Positions 13,591 through 26,063 are shown, counted from the whole stretch's first letter. The stretch is 63,432 bases of DNA, filler included, from Chiloscyllium plagiosum (GCF_004010195.1; 5 parts of one record of this genome joined end to end with filler, not necessarily neighbours in it), one strand, 5' to 3'. Notes: a model not told the origin generated them from the sequence alone. A program made the numbers and translations.

Positions 13591-14637
13591 ATTCGTTTAT
13601 TAGCTTATATTTCTCTGAGTGGGTTGTGCTCTGGGTTGTAGATTTATGAAGCAGAAAATAAAGTATGGTACAGAGTTAGACCGAGAAACCCTGCTGATCT
13701 CATCAGCTTTATACTGTTTTCCTGATCCTCCTCCTTCAATCAATGCATTGTTCAGATACTCATTCAGAATTCCTGGAGCTCTGTAACTGGCCTGGAACAA
13801 TATGTGGAAAGTCCTATTGAAGTCCACACGAGGTACCTTTCCCACTCCCCTGCTCCCAAGGCCTGCAATGCTGCAGACTGAGCAGACAACCCGAAGCCCA
13901 ATGATGAGCTCCTTCCGGCCCACGGCCCTCCTTCTCACCGAATGAAGACAATGACCAGAAACAGAATCCAGCTCTTGTTGGAGCCTTGTATACCTGACTC
14001 TGTCTCAACTGAGTGAAGATTGGACTCAGAAACAGAAATAGAATAAACTTCCTATCTGCATTGTGTCACTCTTTAAGATCTCTGTGTTTCTGAGTTCAGG
14101 TCATTTAATTGGAGACTGTGGATAGTGGGTCCCAGTGAAATGGAAATAATGGTGGAGGAGCTCCATGAGGGACATCTCTCAACGTGAGAATCAGAAAGAT
14201 GCTATTCCACATTGGATGGGTTTAAGGTGAATTGATGGTTCAGAAAAATGTTATATGGATTTTTGTAAAACTTAGGAACTCTGACTGTTTTGTGGCTGGA
14301 ATTTAGTTTCTCCTTGTGTCGATTTGACACATTGATCCTCCTTCCCCACCACTACAGAAGCTGTTGGAACTGTTCAGTGTTTCCAGCGGCTTCTGTAATT
14401 ATTTCAGGTTCCTGACGGGAGCAGTCTCACACTTTTCGAATAAAACAAACCCATCCTTGTGTTGCAACCAATATTTCAATAAGAAATGGGAAGCTGCAGA
14501 GGGGAAATCTTCCGAGATGCCGAGCAATGCTGCCTGATTCCACACTGCAATTCACAGGAACCATCGCCAGGAAAGGCAAGGAGCAATCTAACAGTTTCAG
14601 ATTTATCCCAGTGCCTTTCCTTTAAAAACCACAACAC

Positions 14638-14704
14638 TGCGTGGCCGGGAATCGAACCCGTGTCAACTGCTTGGAAAGCAGCTATCCCACTATACCACCC
14701 TCAC
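14638..14704 (-). pseudogene. tRNA-Gly(TCC) pseudogene (mirror of 1352-1422)
   Basis: Reverse complement GTGAGGGTGGTATAGTGGGATAGCTGCTTTCCAAGCAGTTGACACGGGTTCGATTCCCGGCCACGCA. B-box is intact and a TTTTT run follows, but there is a ~4-nt D-arm deletion and a disrupted acceptor stem. Confidence 0.85.
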
Positions 14705-14779
14705 CCCGCTCGCAGCTCCCTTCCCATTTCCAAATACACTTAACAAGGCCCTAATCATCACCAACTGGATAGGGGCTGA

Positions 14780-14965
14780 AATCCAAACAAGAAATTGCTG
14801 GAAGCTCAGCAGGTCTGACAGCTCCAGAATCAGAAGCCTTCAGTTCTGAAGAACAATCCCTGGATCTGAAAGGTTCCCTCCCCACAGATGCTGCCAGACC
14901 TGCTGAGTTCCCCAGCAATTTCTGTGCTGTCTCTCAGATCTGCGGCATCTGCAGCTCGTTGTTGG
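14780..14965. mobile_element. Short fold-back non-autonomous repeat resembling Penelope-like 3' ends
   Basis: gaaattgctggaagctcagcaggtctgacagc ... gctgccagacctgctgagttccccagcaatttc form an inverted pair. Related pieces lie at ~445-500, 11600-11690, 15715-15770, 16310-16365, 38440-38710 and 51320-51610. Confidence 0.55.
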
Positions 14966-15054
14966 AAACAAAGCAAACGTTGAGCCACCCAAGGGGATAT
15001 TGGGTCAGGTGATAGTCTTCCTCATCCATAGAGTCAGGTGGGAAGTAGCATGGA

Positions 15055-15205
15055 GTCATAGAATCCCTACAGTGTGGAAAGCGGCCATTCAGCCCATCAT
15101 TTATCCCACCAAGACTCATCTCAGGACTGTGGGAGGGAACCAGAGCACCCAAAGGGAACCCACACAGACCCAGGGAGAATGTGCAAACCCTACACAGACA
15201 TTCTT
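15055..15205 (-). mobile_element. HE1-like SINE fragment
   Basis: ccctacagtgtggaaa...ggactgtgggagggaaccagagcaccc...gggagaatgtgcaaac is the reverse complement of the V-domain and tail. Confidence 0.75.
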
Positions 15206-17269
15206 CAATCAGACAGGGACCTGGGTAATTGGAGAGGGAGTCCAGGCGGTTAGACTGGCGTGTGAGTGATGGGCCGAACAGCCTGATCTCAGTGCTGTAA
15301 AAACACTACTGGAACATGCAGCATTCATCACAGTTTGCATTTTGTTTAATCGGTCCTGTTATTGACCTTATTCTGAATGAAATGGATGCAGAGGGGTTGT
15401 TTGTGCATTCAGTCAGATCTGTGTACAGGTGGGTCAGGAGCATCATACCCAATAACAACAGGGAGATGGCTGATTGAATTCCTGCCTCTGACAGACCCTT
15501 GCCATTTCCTCATGGCTTTCATTTGGATAAAATGTTTTATTTTTAATATCACCACAATATATTGATGCCCTTCTGTGCATGTTATGAATTTTGACAGAGC
15601 GATATCTTTTTTCTCTGTGAACAAATGGAATTTCAAGGAGTCGGACTGGGGAATGTATCCTCTCACAGAAACAGGAACAGGGAGATGTCATTTCCTCCGA
15701 AGTAAACATAGGCCATGCTGAGAAATCTGATAAGGTCAGGCAGCATCTATAGGGAGAAGGGAAAGGTTAACCCGTGTGTTATGAGGGTGGAGGGAATCAG
15801 CAGAGCGGAAGGAAGTTAGAAAAGTAATGATTTCTGAGCAATTGGAATGGTGGTAACGCTGAAGAAAGAATGAGATGGTTTGTAACAGGGTGGAGGCTGC
15901 AGAGATTTAATGACAAACGGTTCCATGGAAACAAATCCAAATGGATTGGGGATTCCTTCATTAAACATCTAAGAGTTCAGGAAATGTGAGCAGGAGGAGA
16001 CTATACAGCCTGTTTAATCTGTTCAGTCTGGTCTGGCATTCAATCCAATCAGAGCTTCTTTGAGATTTCAAATCCGGCTTCCTACCCACTCCCCATATCC
16101 CGTGACTCCCTGAGACACCGGCAATCTGTCTGTTCCAATCTGAAATGTACTCAGTGAAGGAGCATCCACAATCCTCAGGGAGAGAGAATATTAAAGACTC
16201 AGAGGCCTTAGAGCGAAGCGCTGTCTCCTCATCTCAGCCCCAAATAATCTGCCCCTTACCCTGAGAGAGTGTCAAACAAACCCGAATGAACTGTGGATGC
16301 TGTAACATTAACGCTGATTTCTCTGCAAAGATGCTGACTGACCTGCTGAACTTTTCCAGCAACTCCTGAGATTGTGTTATTGTGTTTCGGATTCCCAGCC
16401 CCACAAGATTAATTTCTCAGTATCTACCCCCTCAAGCTTCTTCAGAAGCTGATACGTTCAAATGAAATCGACTTTCAATTTACTCGAATGTAGACCCAAT
16501 TTATTCAGATACTCAGCACTGGAACATGCACATACCAAATACTGAGGTTTATTTGTGATTCATTAATGTGTTTGGATCATTGCTGGCTGGGTCACCACGG
16601 ATTGTTCAGATATAATTGCTCTGGTGAAGGTGACGGTGGGGTATAGTCTTGAACTGCTGCCATTCCTTTGGGGCAGATAAACCCACAGTGATGTAAGTGA
16701 GGAAGTTAACGATTAAGTTAACTGAGTGATCACATTGTTGAAAGGAACATTAGAGGCTATCAGTATGTCCACAGCAAGCTGTTATCTGGCAGTCTGTCCA
16801 GATCATGAGCAGATTAGATCTTCATTTCAAACTCCATCTGTCCTGTGCTGGAGTTCAAGTCAAACTATTTGTGATCAAGTCTAATTATGTTATCTCGAAG
16901 ACTAACTCAGCTGGTCACAAGGAATCCAGAGACCCACAGAGACAGGATGGGAGTGTCCTGGAGATGTTTCAAAGCTGACTCTAAGACAGACATGAGCTGT
17001 ACAGCAGCAGATGGGAGTGAATCATTCTCTGTTCCCCACAGAACACTCAGCATAATCTGTATGAATGACTGAGATGATGGGATCCTCTGTTCCGTTTGCT
17101 GATAACACAAAGTGATGTGGGACAGGAAAATGTCAAGAGGGCAGAGAGAGGCTGGGAAGGGGGTTAGACAGGTTCAGTGAGTGAGTAAGAAATAGTCTGT
17201 ACAACATCCTGGTGTGAAATGGGAGGCTTTGTTCCTTCATTTTAGTCCTGAAAGTGTTTCAGAGTATTG

Positions 17270-17730
17270 TTCGGGTTTTCGAAGATGATCCTCATCCTAG
17301 CCCCAGAAGCAGCAAGCAGCTTTCCTCTCTATCTATTCCAGCTGTTGAATGTAACATTTTCTCCCTCGTTCTGGAATCTCCACCCAGTGGGAATCGTTGA
17401 TCTTGATCGAGCCTGTCTTGTCCTGTTCATATCCTGGCGACTTCAATCAGATCGCCCCTTAACCTTCTCAATTCTGGAGGAAACCGGCCTCATTTGTACA
17501 ATCTCTCCTCAGAATGTAACCCCTGAACTCCAGAATCATTCTTGTAAACCTCCTCTGTACTCGCTCCAACCTGATACCCACACACTTGCTTACACTGAAC
17601 TCCATGTAGCACATTCACGCAATCGATCAGTTTCCCATTGTAATTTTATGGTGCTATCTGTACTGTCTATGATGCTGGGAGAACTCGATGGGGATAGTGG
17701 AGGGGGTCTTTATTCTGTATCTAACCCCAT
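17270..17730 (-). mobile_element. Internally deleted CR1-derived element with flanking minisatellite unit
   Basis: Collinear with 33130-33630, including the same internal junction (ctctgtac...tccaacctgatacccac). Confidence 0.65.
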
Positions 17731-17734
17731 TCAT

Positions 17735-18112
17735 TAAAAAAGATTTACAAGAAAGTTACCCAGACTGGAAGCCTTGAGTTATAAGGAGAGACTGGGACAT
17801 TTTCCCCTGGAGCACTGGAGGCTGAGGGGTGATCTTACCGAGATTTATAAAACCGTGATGGACTTCGATTTAAGGTGAGAGAGGAAAGATTTAAAAGGGA
17901 CCTGAAGAGCAAATATTGAACAGAGCCTGGTAAATGTATGGAAGGAGCTTCTATTGGATGTAAGCGAGGGGAGTACAAGTACAACGTTTAAAAGACATGA
18001 GGGCAGCTATAAGGATAGGAAAGGTGTAAATGGGGCTCGCTCAGTTTAGGAAAACTGGTCGGCATGAACCAGTGGGGTCGAAGGGCCAGTTTATGTGCTG
18101 TATGACTGTATA
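17735..18112 (+). mobile_element. CR1-type LINE 3' fragment
   Basis: aaaagatttacaag...ttgagttataaggagagactg...ggaggctgaggggtgatctt...gaagggcc match the CR1 3' region seen at 13160-13590. Confidence 0.8.
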
Positions 18113-18257
18113 ATTTCTATTCCTCAGTCCCCGCTATCTGTTACTCTGTATATAAATCACACTAACCCCCTCAATTCAACGCCAGTCTTTAACATACACC
18201 TGGGTAACCGTTATTCTGTGCAAACTACCCAAACCCCTCAATTAGATTCCAGACTGT

Positions 18258-18589
18258 GGGCGGCACGTGGGCGGCACGGTGGCACAGTGGTTAGCACTGC
18301 TGCCTCACAGCGCCAGAGACCCGGGTTCAATTCCCGACTCAGGCGACTGACTGTGTGGAGTTTGCACATTCTCCCCGTGTCTGCGTGGGTTTCCTCCGGG
18401 TGCTCCGGTTTCCTCCCACAGTCACAAAGATGTGCGGGTCAGGTGAATTGGCCATGCTCAATTGCCCGTAGTGTTAGGTTAAAAGGGGTAAATGTAGGGG
18501 TATGGGTGGGTTGCGCTTCGGCGGGTCGGTGTGGACTTGTTGGGCCGAAGGGCCTGTTTCCACACTGTAAGTAATCTAATCTAATCTAA
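18258..18589 (+). mobile_element. Full-length, young HE1-like V-SINE
   Basis: tRNA-derived head with A-box (TGGCACAGTGG) and B-box (GGTTCAATTCC), V-domain, LINE-like tail gggccgaagggcctgtttccacactgt, (AATCT)n end, ACTGT direct repeat on both sides. Confidence 0.95.
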
Positions 18590-19074
18590 ACTGTAATTCT
18601 CCCCTGGGTATCTGTGACTTCATGTAGAAATCTCCTTGAGCACTTTGAGGAGTTTCTAGGTTGTATATCACACCCAGGTACCTGTTATTCCATATGTAAA
18701 CCACATTGAACACATACTGAGCGGAAGAGAAAGTGAGAGCAAGAGTGTGAGAGCGCAAGTTTATGTATTTCTGCTGTGTGAGAGAGTGTCTGTGTGTGAA
18801 AATGTTTGTGTATGAGAATGTGAACACATGTGAGTATATTAGCATGTCCGTGTGTGTGTGTGCATGTGTGAGAGAGAGAGTTAGGAGTTCCATCATGGAA
18901 TCATTGACACTCGATCTGTTCACTCAGATGGACACAAACACACACAGAGGCCCGGTCTCTCTTGCTCACACAGATATGTTCGCTCACAATCAGAGAAGAC
19001 AGAAAGAGAGAGTTATACCTGGGAGTCATACTGGCAGCAGGAATATTCTGAGACAGAACCTCAGTAATTTTCCC

Positions 19075-19930
19075 CACGATCTGTCCAGTCCTCTGTGTCG
19101 AGGGTTAAGTGTCAGATGCAACAAGATCCGGACAATATCCAGGCTTGTGCCAAAAAGAGGCAAGTAATATTTCCACCACACAATTGCCAGACAAGGACCA
19201 TCACCAATAAATGACTCTAACCACCGCCCCTTGACATTCAACGGTATTACAAACACTGAATCCCCACTGTCAACATCCTTTGGGTTACCATTGACCAGAA
19301 ACTCAACTGGACTCATCAGATAAACACAAGAGTAGGTCAGAGACTAGGGATACTGCAGTGAGTAACTCACCTCCTGACACCCCCAAAGTCTATCCACCAT
19401 CTACAAGGCCCAAGTCAGGAGTGTGATGGAATACGCCACAATTGCCTGGATGGGTGCAGCTCCAACAACAATCAAGAAGCTCATCACCATCCAGGACAAA
19501 GCAATCACTTGATAGGGGCCACAAAACATTCAACCCCTCCACCACCGCCACTCAGTAGCAGCAATGTGTACTGTCTGCAAGATGCACTGCAGAAATTCAC
19601 CAAAGATCCTTGGATAGCACCTTCCAAACCCACGATCACTTCCACCGAGAAGGACAAGGGTCGTAGGTTCTTGGGAACACCACCAGCTGCAAGTTCCCCT
19701 CCAAGTCTCTCTCCACCCTTCCATGGGGAAATATACCACAATTCGTTCACAGACATTGGGTCAAAATCCTGGGGAGCCCTCCCTACTGACATTGTGGGTG
19801 AACCCACAGCAAGTGGACTGCAGCGATTCAAGAAGGCAGCTCTCCACCATCTTCTCAAGGGCAAATAGGGATGGGCTGTTAATGCTGGCAAGACAGTGAC
19901 GCTGATCTCCCACAAATCATTAAAAAAAGC
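19075..19930 (+). mobile_element. 5'-truncated CR1/L2-group LINE, RT C-terminus and 3' UTR
   Basis: Decayed frames read QQDPDNIQA..K.QVIF, PLTFNGIT..ESPTVNIL.VTIDQKLNW and TIYKAQVRSVMEY; A-rich end at ~19923-19928. Confidence 0.85.
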
Positions 19931-19937
19931 CTGTATC

Positions 19938-22335
19938 TCAGTCAGTGACAAGAGACACAGTGGGGTCAACCTGTTCTCGCCGAGGTCAGTAACAGGGACA
20001 AGTGGGTTAATCTGCTCTCGTCGATGTCAGTGACAGAGACAGAGCGGCGTCAGTCTGTTGCTCCCCAACCCCTTCTCCTGGAGTCTGTGATACAGGCACA
20101 CGTTGGTCTGTGTGCTCTCTTCTTGGTCATTGACAGATGCATAAGTGGGCAATCTACTGTCCTCAGGGTGAGAGAGAGTGTGTGGGGTCAGTCTGCTCTC
20201 ACTACGGTCAGTGACACAACAGTGTGGGGTCCGTATGCTCTCCCCGGGGTCAGTGACAGAGACAGTGTGGGGTCAGTCTGCTCTCCCTGGAGTCAGACAC
20301 AGAGAAAGAGTGGGGTCAGTCTGCTCTCCCTGGGGTCAGAGACAGAGACAGTATGGGGTCAGTCTGCTCTCCTTGGGTCAGTGACAGAGCCAGTGTGCAG
20401 TCAGTCTGCTCCACCCGAGCTCAGTGACAGAGACAGTTTGTGGGGTCAGTCTGCTCTCACCGGGGTCAGTGACAAAGACAGAGTGGGGTCAGTCTGCTCT
20501 CTCCGGGGTCAGTGACAGAGTCAGTGAGGGGTCAATCTGATCTCCGTGGGGCCAGTGACAGAGACAGTGTGCGGTCAGTCTGCTCTCCCCGGGGTCAGTG
20601 ACAGAGACAGTGTGGGGTCAGTCTGCTCTCCCTGGGGTCAGCGACAGAGACTGTCTGGTGTCAGTCTGCTCACCCCGGGGTCAGTGACAGAGACAGAGTG
20701 AGGTCAGTCTGCTCTCTCCGGTGTCAGTGACAGAGTCAGTGAGCGGTCAGTCTGCTCTCCCCGGGGTCAGTGACAGAGACAGTGTTGGGTCAGTCTGTTC
20801 TCCTTGGGGTCAGTGACAGAGACAGTGTGCAGTCAGTCTGCTCCCCCCGAGCTCAGTGACAGAGACAGTTTGTGGGGTCAGTCTGCTCTCACCGGGGTCA
20901 GTGACAGAGACAGAGTGGGGTCAGTCTGGTCTCCCTTGGGTCAGTGACAGAGACAGTGTGGGTCAGTCTTCTCTCCCTGGGGTCAGCGACAGAGACTGTC
21001 TGGGGTCAGTCTGCTCACCCCGGGGTCAGTGACAGAGACAGAGTGAGGTCAGTCTGCTCTTTCCGGTGTCAGTGACAGAGTCAGTGAGGGGGCAGTCTGC
21101 TCTCCCTGGGGTCAGTGACAGAGACAGTGTGCGGTCAGTCTGATCTCCCCGGGGTCACTGACAGAGACAGTGTGGGGTCAGTCTGCTCTCCCTGGGGTCA
21201 GTGACAGAGACAGTGTGGGGTCAGTCTGCTATCCCTCGGGTCGGTGACAGAGGAAGTGTGGGGTCAGTCTGCTCTTTCCGGGGTTAGTGACAGAGACAGT
21301 CTGGGGTCAGTCGGCTCTTCCCGGGGCCAGTAACAGAGACAGTCTGGGTTCAGACTGCTCTCCCCGGGGTCAGGGACAGAGAGAGTATGCGTTCAGTTTG
21401 CTTTACCCGGGATCAGTGACAGAGAAAGTGTGGGGACAGTCTGCTCTCCCTGGGGTCAGTGACGGAGACAGGGTAAGGTCAGTCTGCTCTCCCCGGGGTC
21501 AGTGACAGAGACAGTATGCGGTCAGTTTGCTCTCCCCGGGGTCAGAGACAGAGACAGTGTGGGGTCAGTCTGCTCTCCCCGGGGTCAGTGACTGAGACAG
21601 TGTGGGGTCAGTCTGTTCTCCCTGGGGTCAGTGACAGAGATACTGTGGGGTCAGTCTGGTCTCCCCTTGTTCAGTGACAGAGACAGTGCGTGGTCAGTCT
21701 GCTCTCCCAGAGGTCAGTGACAGAGAAAGTGTGGGGTCAGTCTGCTTTTCCCATGATCAGTAACAGAGACAGGGTAAGGTCAGTCTGCTCTCTCCGGGGT
21801 CAGGGACAGAGATAGTGTGGAGTCAGTCTGCTCTCCCCGGGGTCAGTGACAGAGATAGTGTGGAGTCAGACTACTCTCCAAGGTGTCAGTGACAGAGATA
21901 GTGTGGGGTCAGTCCGCTTTCCCTAGCGTCAGTGACAGAGATAGTGTGGGGTCAGTCTGCTCTATCCGGGATCACTAACAGAGATAGGCTGGTGTCAGTC
22001 TGCTCTCCCCGGGGTCAGTGAAAGAGACAGTGTGGGGTCAGTATGCTATCCCTGGCGTCAGTGACAGACAAAGTGTGCGGTCCGTCTACTCTTCCCATGA
22101 TCAGTAACAGAGACAGTGTAGGGTCAGAACGCTCTCCCCGTGGTCAGTAACCCAGACAGTGGTGGGTCAGTCTAGTCTTCACATGGTCAGTGACAGAGAC
22201 AGTGTGGGGTCAGTTTACTCTTCCCGGGGTCAGTGATTGAGTTAGTGTGAGGACAGTCTGCTCTCCACGGGGTCAGTGACAGAGACAGTGTGGGGTCAGT
22301 ATGCCCTCCCTAGAGACAGTATGGGTTCAGTCTTC
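19938..22335 (+). repeat. ~43-bp minisatellite, about 55 copies (CAGTGACAGAGACAGTGTGGGGTCAGTCTGCTCTCCCCGGGGT)
   Basis: Directly visible tandem units; more degenerate at both ends. Confidence 0.97.
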
Positions 22336-22745
22336 TAGAACATAGAACATAGAACATAGAACATAGAAGAATACAGCGCAGTACAGGCCCTTCGGCCCTC
22401 AATGTTGCGCCGATCCAAGCCCACCGAACCTACACTAGCCCACTATCCTCCATATGCCTATCCAATGCCCGCTTAAATGCCCATATTGAGGGAGAGTCCA
22501 CCACTGCTACTGGCAGGGCATTCCACGAACTCACGACTCGCTGAGTAAAGAACCTACCCCTAACATCTGTCCTATACCTACCCCCCTTAATTTAAAGCTA
22601 TGCCCCCTTGTAATAGCTGACTCCATACGTGGAAAAAGATTCTCACTGTCGACCCTATCTAAACCCTTAATCATCTTATACACCTCTATCAAGTCACCCC
22701 TAAACCTTCTTTTCTCCAATGAAAACAACCCCAAGGGCCTCAGCC
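22336..22745 (-). mobile_element. Young CR1-type LINE 3' end with (ATGTTCT)n tail, cut by an assembly gap
   Basis: ORF LFSLEKRRFRGDLIEVYKMIKGLDRVDSENLFP; (agaacat)n at 22337-22370; near-identical to 41686-41990. Confidence 0.95.
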
Positions 22746-22789
22746 NNNNNNNNNNNNNNNNNNNNNNNNNNNNNNNNNNNNNNNNNNNN

Positions 22790-22801
22790 TTAATTAATTA
22801 A
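22790..22801. other. Artificial scaffold linker TTAATTAATTAA inside a 100-nt N gap (also 36663-36674, 53455-53466, 59289-59300)
   Basis: Identical 12-mer with stops in all six frames, centred in N44/N44 blocks four times. Confidence 0.95.
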
Positions 22802-23129
22802 NNNNNNNNNNNNNNNNNNNNNNNNNNNNNNNNNNNNNNNNNNNNCTTGGTGTGGTGGAGAGAGGACTGGAAGGAGAGGGGGAAGTTGAGAGGGGAGGAG
22901 ATTTGTTGGAAGGAAGTGTGTGAAGGAGGGGGAAGGAAAGGGAGTGGAGGGTGGGGGACATCTCTGCATCTGTCCCCAATCAGTCCCCACCTGTCCCCCG
23001 CCAGTCCCAGACCGGCCCCGTCTGGCCCCACCTGTCCCGATCAAATCCTGAGGGTTCTCCCTGAATATAACTGGAATAACCCGAACCCTGAGATAACAAC
23101 CAGAACCAGGCGAATGGGGAGGATTCCAC

Positions 23130-23880
23130 AGTGAGCATCTCCCTCGCCCCTGTACCAATGTCAAAACAGTCCCATGGTCACCCCCCCACCCCGCCCCGAT
23201 CAGCGTTATAATCCAGGACCAGAGCTCGGAATGAATGGGACCGTTTGTTTTGGGATCAGGAACTTGCTTTCCCACCAAGACCACCTTCCCCTTTCCCCAC
23301 CCCTCTCTGCCTTCCACAAGGACCGTTCCCTTCGACACTCCATGGGTTTGTTCCACTCTCACCCTCCAAACCCCCAGGTACTTTCCTCTGCCACCGGAAA
23401 AGATGCAAAACCTGCTGTTACACCCCCAGCCCCCTCACCTCCATCCAGGGCCCCCAAACCCTCCTTCCAGGGGAGACAGAGGTTCACCTGCCTCTCCTCC
23501 AACCGTGTTTCCAGTATCAGGTGCTCCCGATGTGGGCTTCTCTACATCAGGGAGACCCAACGGAAACTTAGGGAATGGTTCTCCGAGCATCACAGCCGGG
23601 CCCCAGGGACTGACCAGACCTCCCAGTCACCGCCCAGTTCAATTCCCCCCAACCACTCCCTTTCCAACATGACCATCCTCGACCTCCTGCATTGCCACAA
23701 TGAACCACACCACATATTGGAGGAACAAATCTCATTCCCCGCCCGGGCAACCTACAGCCCGGAGGACTCAACACTGAGTTCTCCAATTTCAAATAACCTC
23801 CCTCGCCATCCCCCGACAACCTTCCACTGCTCCCTCTCACCAATTGGATTCATTCCTCCCATTTACCAACCAAGTGGGAC
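23130..23880 (+). mobile_element. Penelope-like element fragment with GIY-YIG endonuclease remnant
   Basis: PLSAFHKDRSLRHS linker and FTCLSSNRVSSIRCSRCGLLYIRETQRKLREWFSEH (decayed VVY-CxxC-YIGET-R-EH). Confidence 0.88.
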
Positions 23881-24549
23881 CCNNNNNNNNNNNNNNNNNN
23901 NNNNNNNNNNNNNNNNNNNNNNNNNNNNNNNNNNNNNNNNNNNNNNNNNNNNNNNTCCTTCCCTCCCCACTGCCTCCTTCTCCCCTTTCCTCCCTCTCCT
24001 TCTGTCGATCCCTCTCTCTGTTGTTCCACCTCCCTTTCCATTCTGTTTTATCACCCATCCGTCTTTTTTCTGGCCCCCCTCCCTCCTGTCGACCAGGCCT
24101 CAGGCCTCAGAACCCGTCCCCCTCTGGAGCTTGGCCAAGGTTTTCCTCGGCCTGAACATTTTGGATCTTAACGTTGCAGCTTTCCCAACAAAAGTTCATC
24201 CGGATAAAAGAGAGAACTGATTACTTGAAAGGGAGAGCGAAAGCATTTTGAAGGCAAGTTAAACAGCAAGATCCCAGATTTAAAAGCACCTCTGCCCATT
24301 GCCAATGTATTGATGTATCTAACACAGTCAGCAGTTAGGAAGGATCATGCTGTGGGAGCAGATCTTACCAGAGATTGGAGGAGGATAGTGAGGGAAAGGC
24401 ATCAGTTTATTACACTCTGCAGTGACCTGGGGTCAATTGCCTTTTACTGAAAACAGTTCCCAACTTGTACGTACCTGTAGCTCCCTCCAGTCTGAAACCC
24501 TCATTCCCCATCTATCCTGTCTCCTGTCTCTGAGCCAATGGTGCCTTCA

Positions 24550-25910
24550 CTCCCAGGATAGGCACAACATGGGGCTAGATACGGAGTAAATCTCCCTCCA
24601 TACTGTCTGCATCAAATACTACCAGGACATGTGCAGCATGGGGTTAGATACAAGTATAGATCCCTCTGCACTGTACCTATCAAACACGCACAGGATAGGG
24701 ACAGCACGGGGTGAGGTACAAAGTTAGGCAGCATTGTAGACAGTGCAGATGGTACCTTAACGTTACAAAGGGATATTGATAGACTGGGTGAATGGGCAAA
24801 GCTGTGTTAGATGGAGTTCAGTGTCAGCAAGTATGTGGGTATCAGGTTGGAGTACAGAGAGGGAGCACAAAGGAGGTTTACAAGAATCATCCTGAACCTC
24901 AGGGGTTACGTTCTGAGGGACACTAGACAAATGAGGCCGTGTTCCTCCAGAATTGAGAAAGTAAAAGGGTGATCAGATCAAAGCCTTCAAGGTATAAACA
25001 GGATGAGAAAAGTGAGATGAAGATCAACGATTCCCACTGTGACACTGACACTGGGGTTAGATACAGAGTGTAGATCCCTCTACACTGTTCCTATCAAACA
25101 CACACAGGATAGGGACAGCACGGGGTGAGTTACAATGTTAGGCAGCATTGTAGACAGTGCAGATCGTACCTTAACATTACAAAGGGATATTGATAGACTG
25201 GGTGAATGGGCACAGCTGTGTTAGATGGAGTTTAGTGCAAGCAGGTTGGAGTACAGAGAGGGAGCACAAAGGAGGTTTACAAGAATGAGCCTGGAGCTCA
25301 GAGGTTACATTCAGAGGGGACACTCGACAAATGAGGCCGTTTTCCACCAGAATTGAGAAAGTTAAGGGGTGATCTGATCAAAGCCTTCAAGGTATAAACA
25401 GGATCGATGAAGATCAACGATTCCCATTTGTTATAGATTCTAGACCGAGAGGGAGCAGGGTCGGAGAATGAGGGCCCAGAGCGTTCAGGAGAAATGGTAG
25501 GAAGCACTTTGACACACGAAGGGTGGGAGAGGTTTGGCACTCTCTTCCACAAACAGCAGTCGATGCTGGATCAGTTGTTCAGGTTAAATCGGAGAGAGAT
25601 ACATTTTTGTTCAGTGAAGATATTGAGGGATATGAGCCAAAGGAAGGAATGTGGAGTTAGGCCACAGATCAGTCATGATCCCATTGAATGATGGAACAGG
25701 CTTGAGGGGCTGAATGGCCTCCTCCTGTTCCTATGTTCCTATGCACTGACACTGTCAACCCCTCCCAAGGCAGGGACAGGATGGGGTTAGATATACAGTA
25801 AAGCTCCCTTTACTGTATCCCGATCAACCCCTCCCAGGGCAGGGTCAGAACAGGGTTAGATACAGAGTAAATCTCCCTCTACACTGTCCCCATCAACCCA
25901 TCCCAGGATT
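24550..25910 (+). mobile_element. Internally deleted CR1 derivative embedded in ~67-bp ggggttagatacagagtaaa minisatellite units; ~410-bp tandem duplication in this arm (mirror 32745-33720)
   Basis: CR1 motifs (LQRDIDRLGEWA, QRRFTR, LRGDLIKAFK, 3' tail gggctgaatggcct..tcctgttcctatgtt). 24640-25040 is repeated at 25053-25430. Confidence 0.75.
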
Positions 25911-26063
25911 GTTTAACGGAGCTTTAATATTTGAAAATGCTTCTATTATTCTTTCATTCATTGTCCCTCAGTAACCCTGTGCGTGCGTGCGTGTGCATAT
26001 GTGAGAGCCTGAGAGAGGAAAACGGAGATAGAGACCAGGACCCTGCATTACTGGGTCAGGTAC

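Larger units (their letters stand above)
98..16707. repeat. Large inverted duplication (palindrome P1): left arm ~98-8870/9035, right arm ~9036-16707
   Basis: Mirrored blocks: 98-240 vs 16560-16707; ORF 2134-2565(+) vs 13600-13938(-); CR1 2470-3510(-) vs 12560-13590(+); tRNA-Gly 1352(+) vs 14704(-); satellite strand flips at ~9036. Arms differ by roughly 10% by eye and have arm-specific indels. Confidence 0.95.

Noticed and set aside
18269..18345. tRNA gene suggested by A and B boxes
   Set aside because: It is the tRNA-derived head of the HE1 SINE.
23174..24220. 348-aa ORF as a host gene
   Set aside because: Decayed Penelope-like endonuclease plus low-complexity sequence across a gap.
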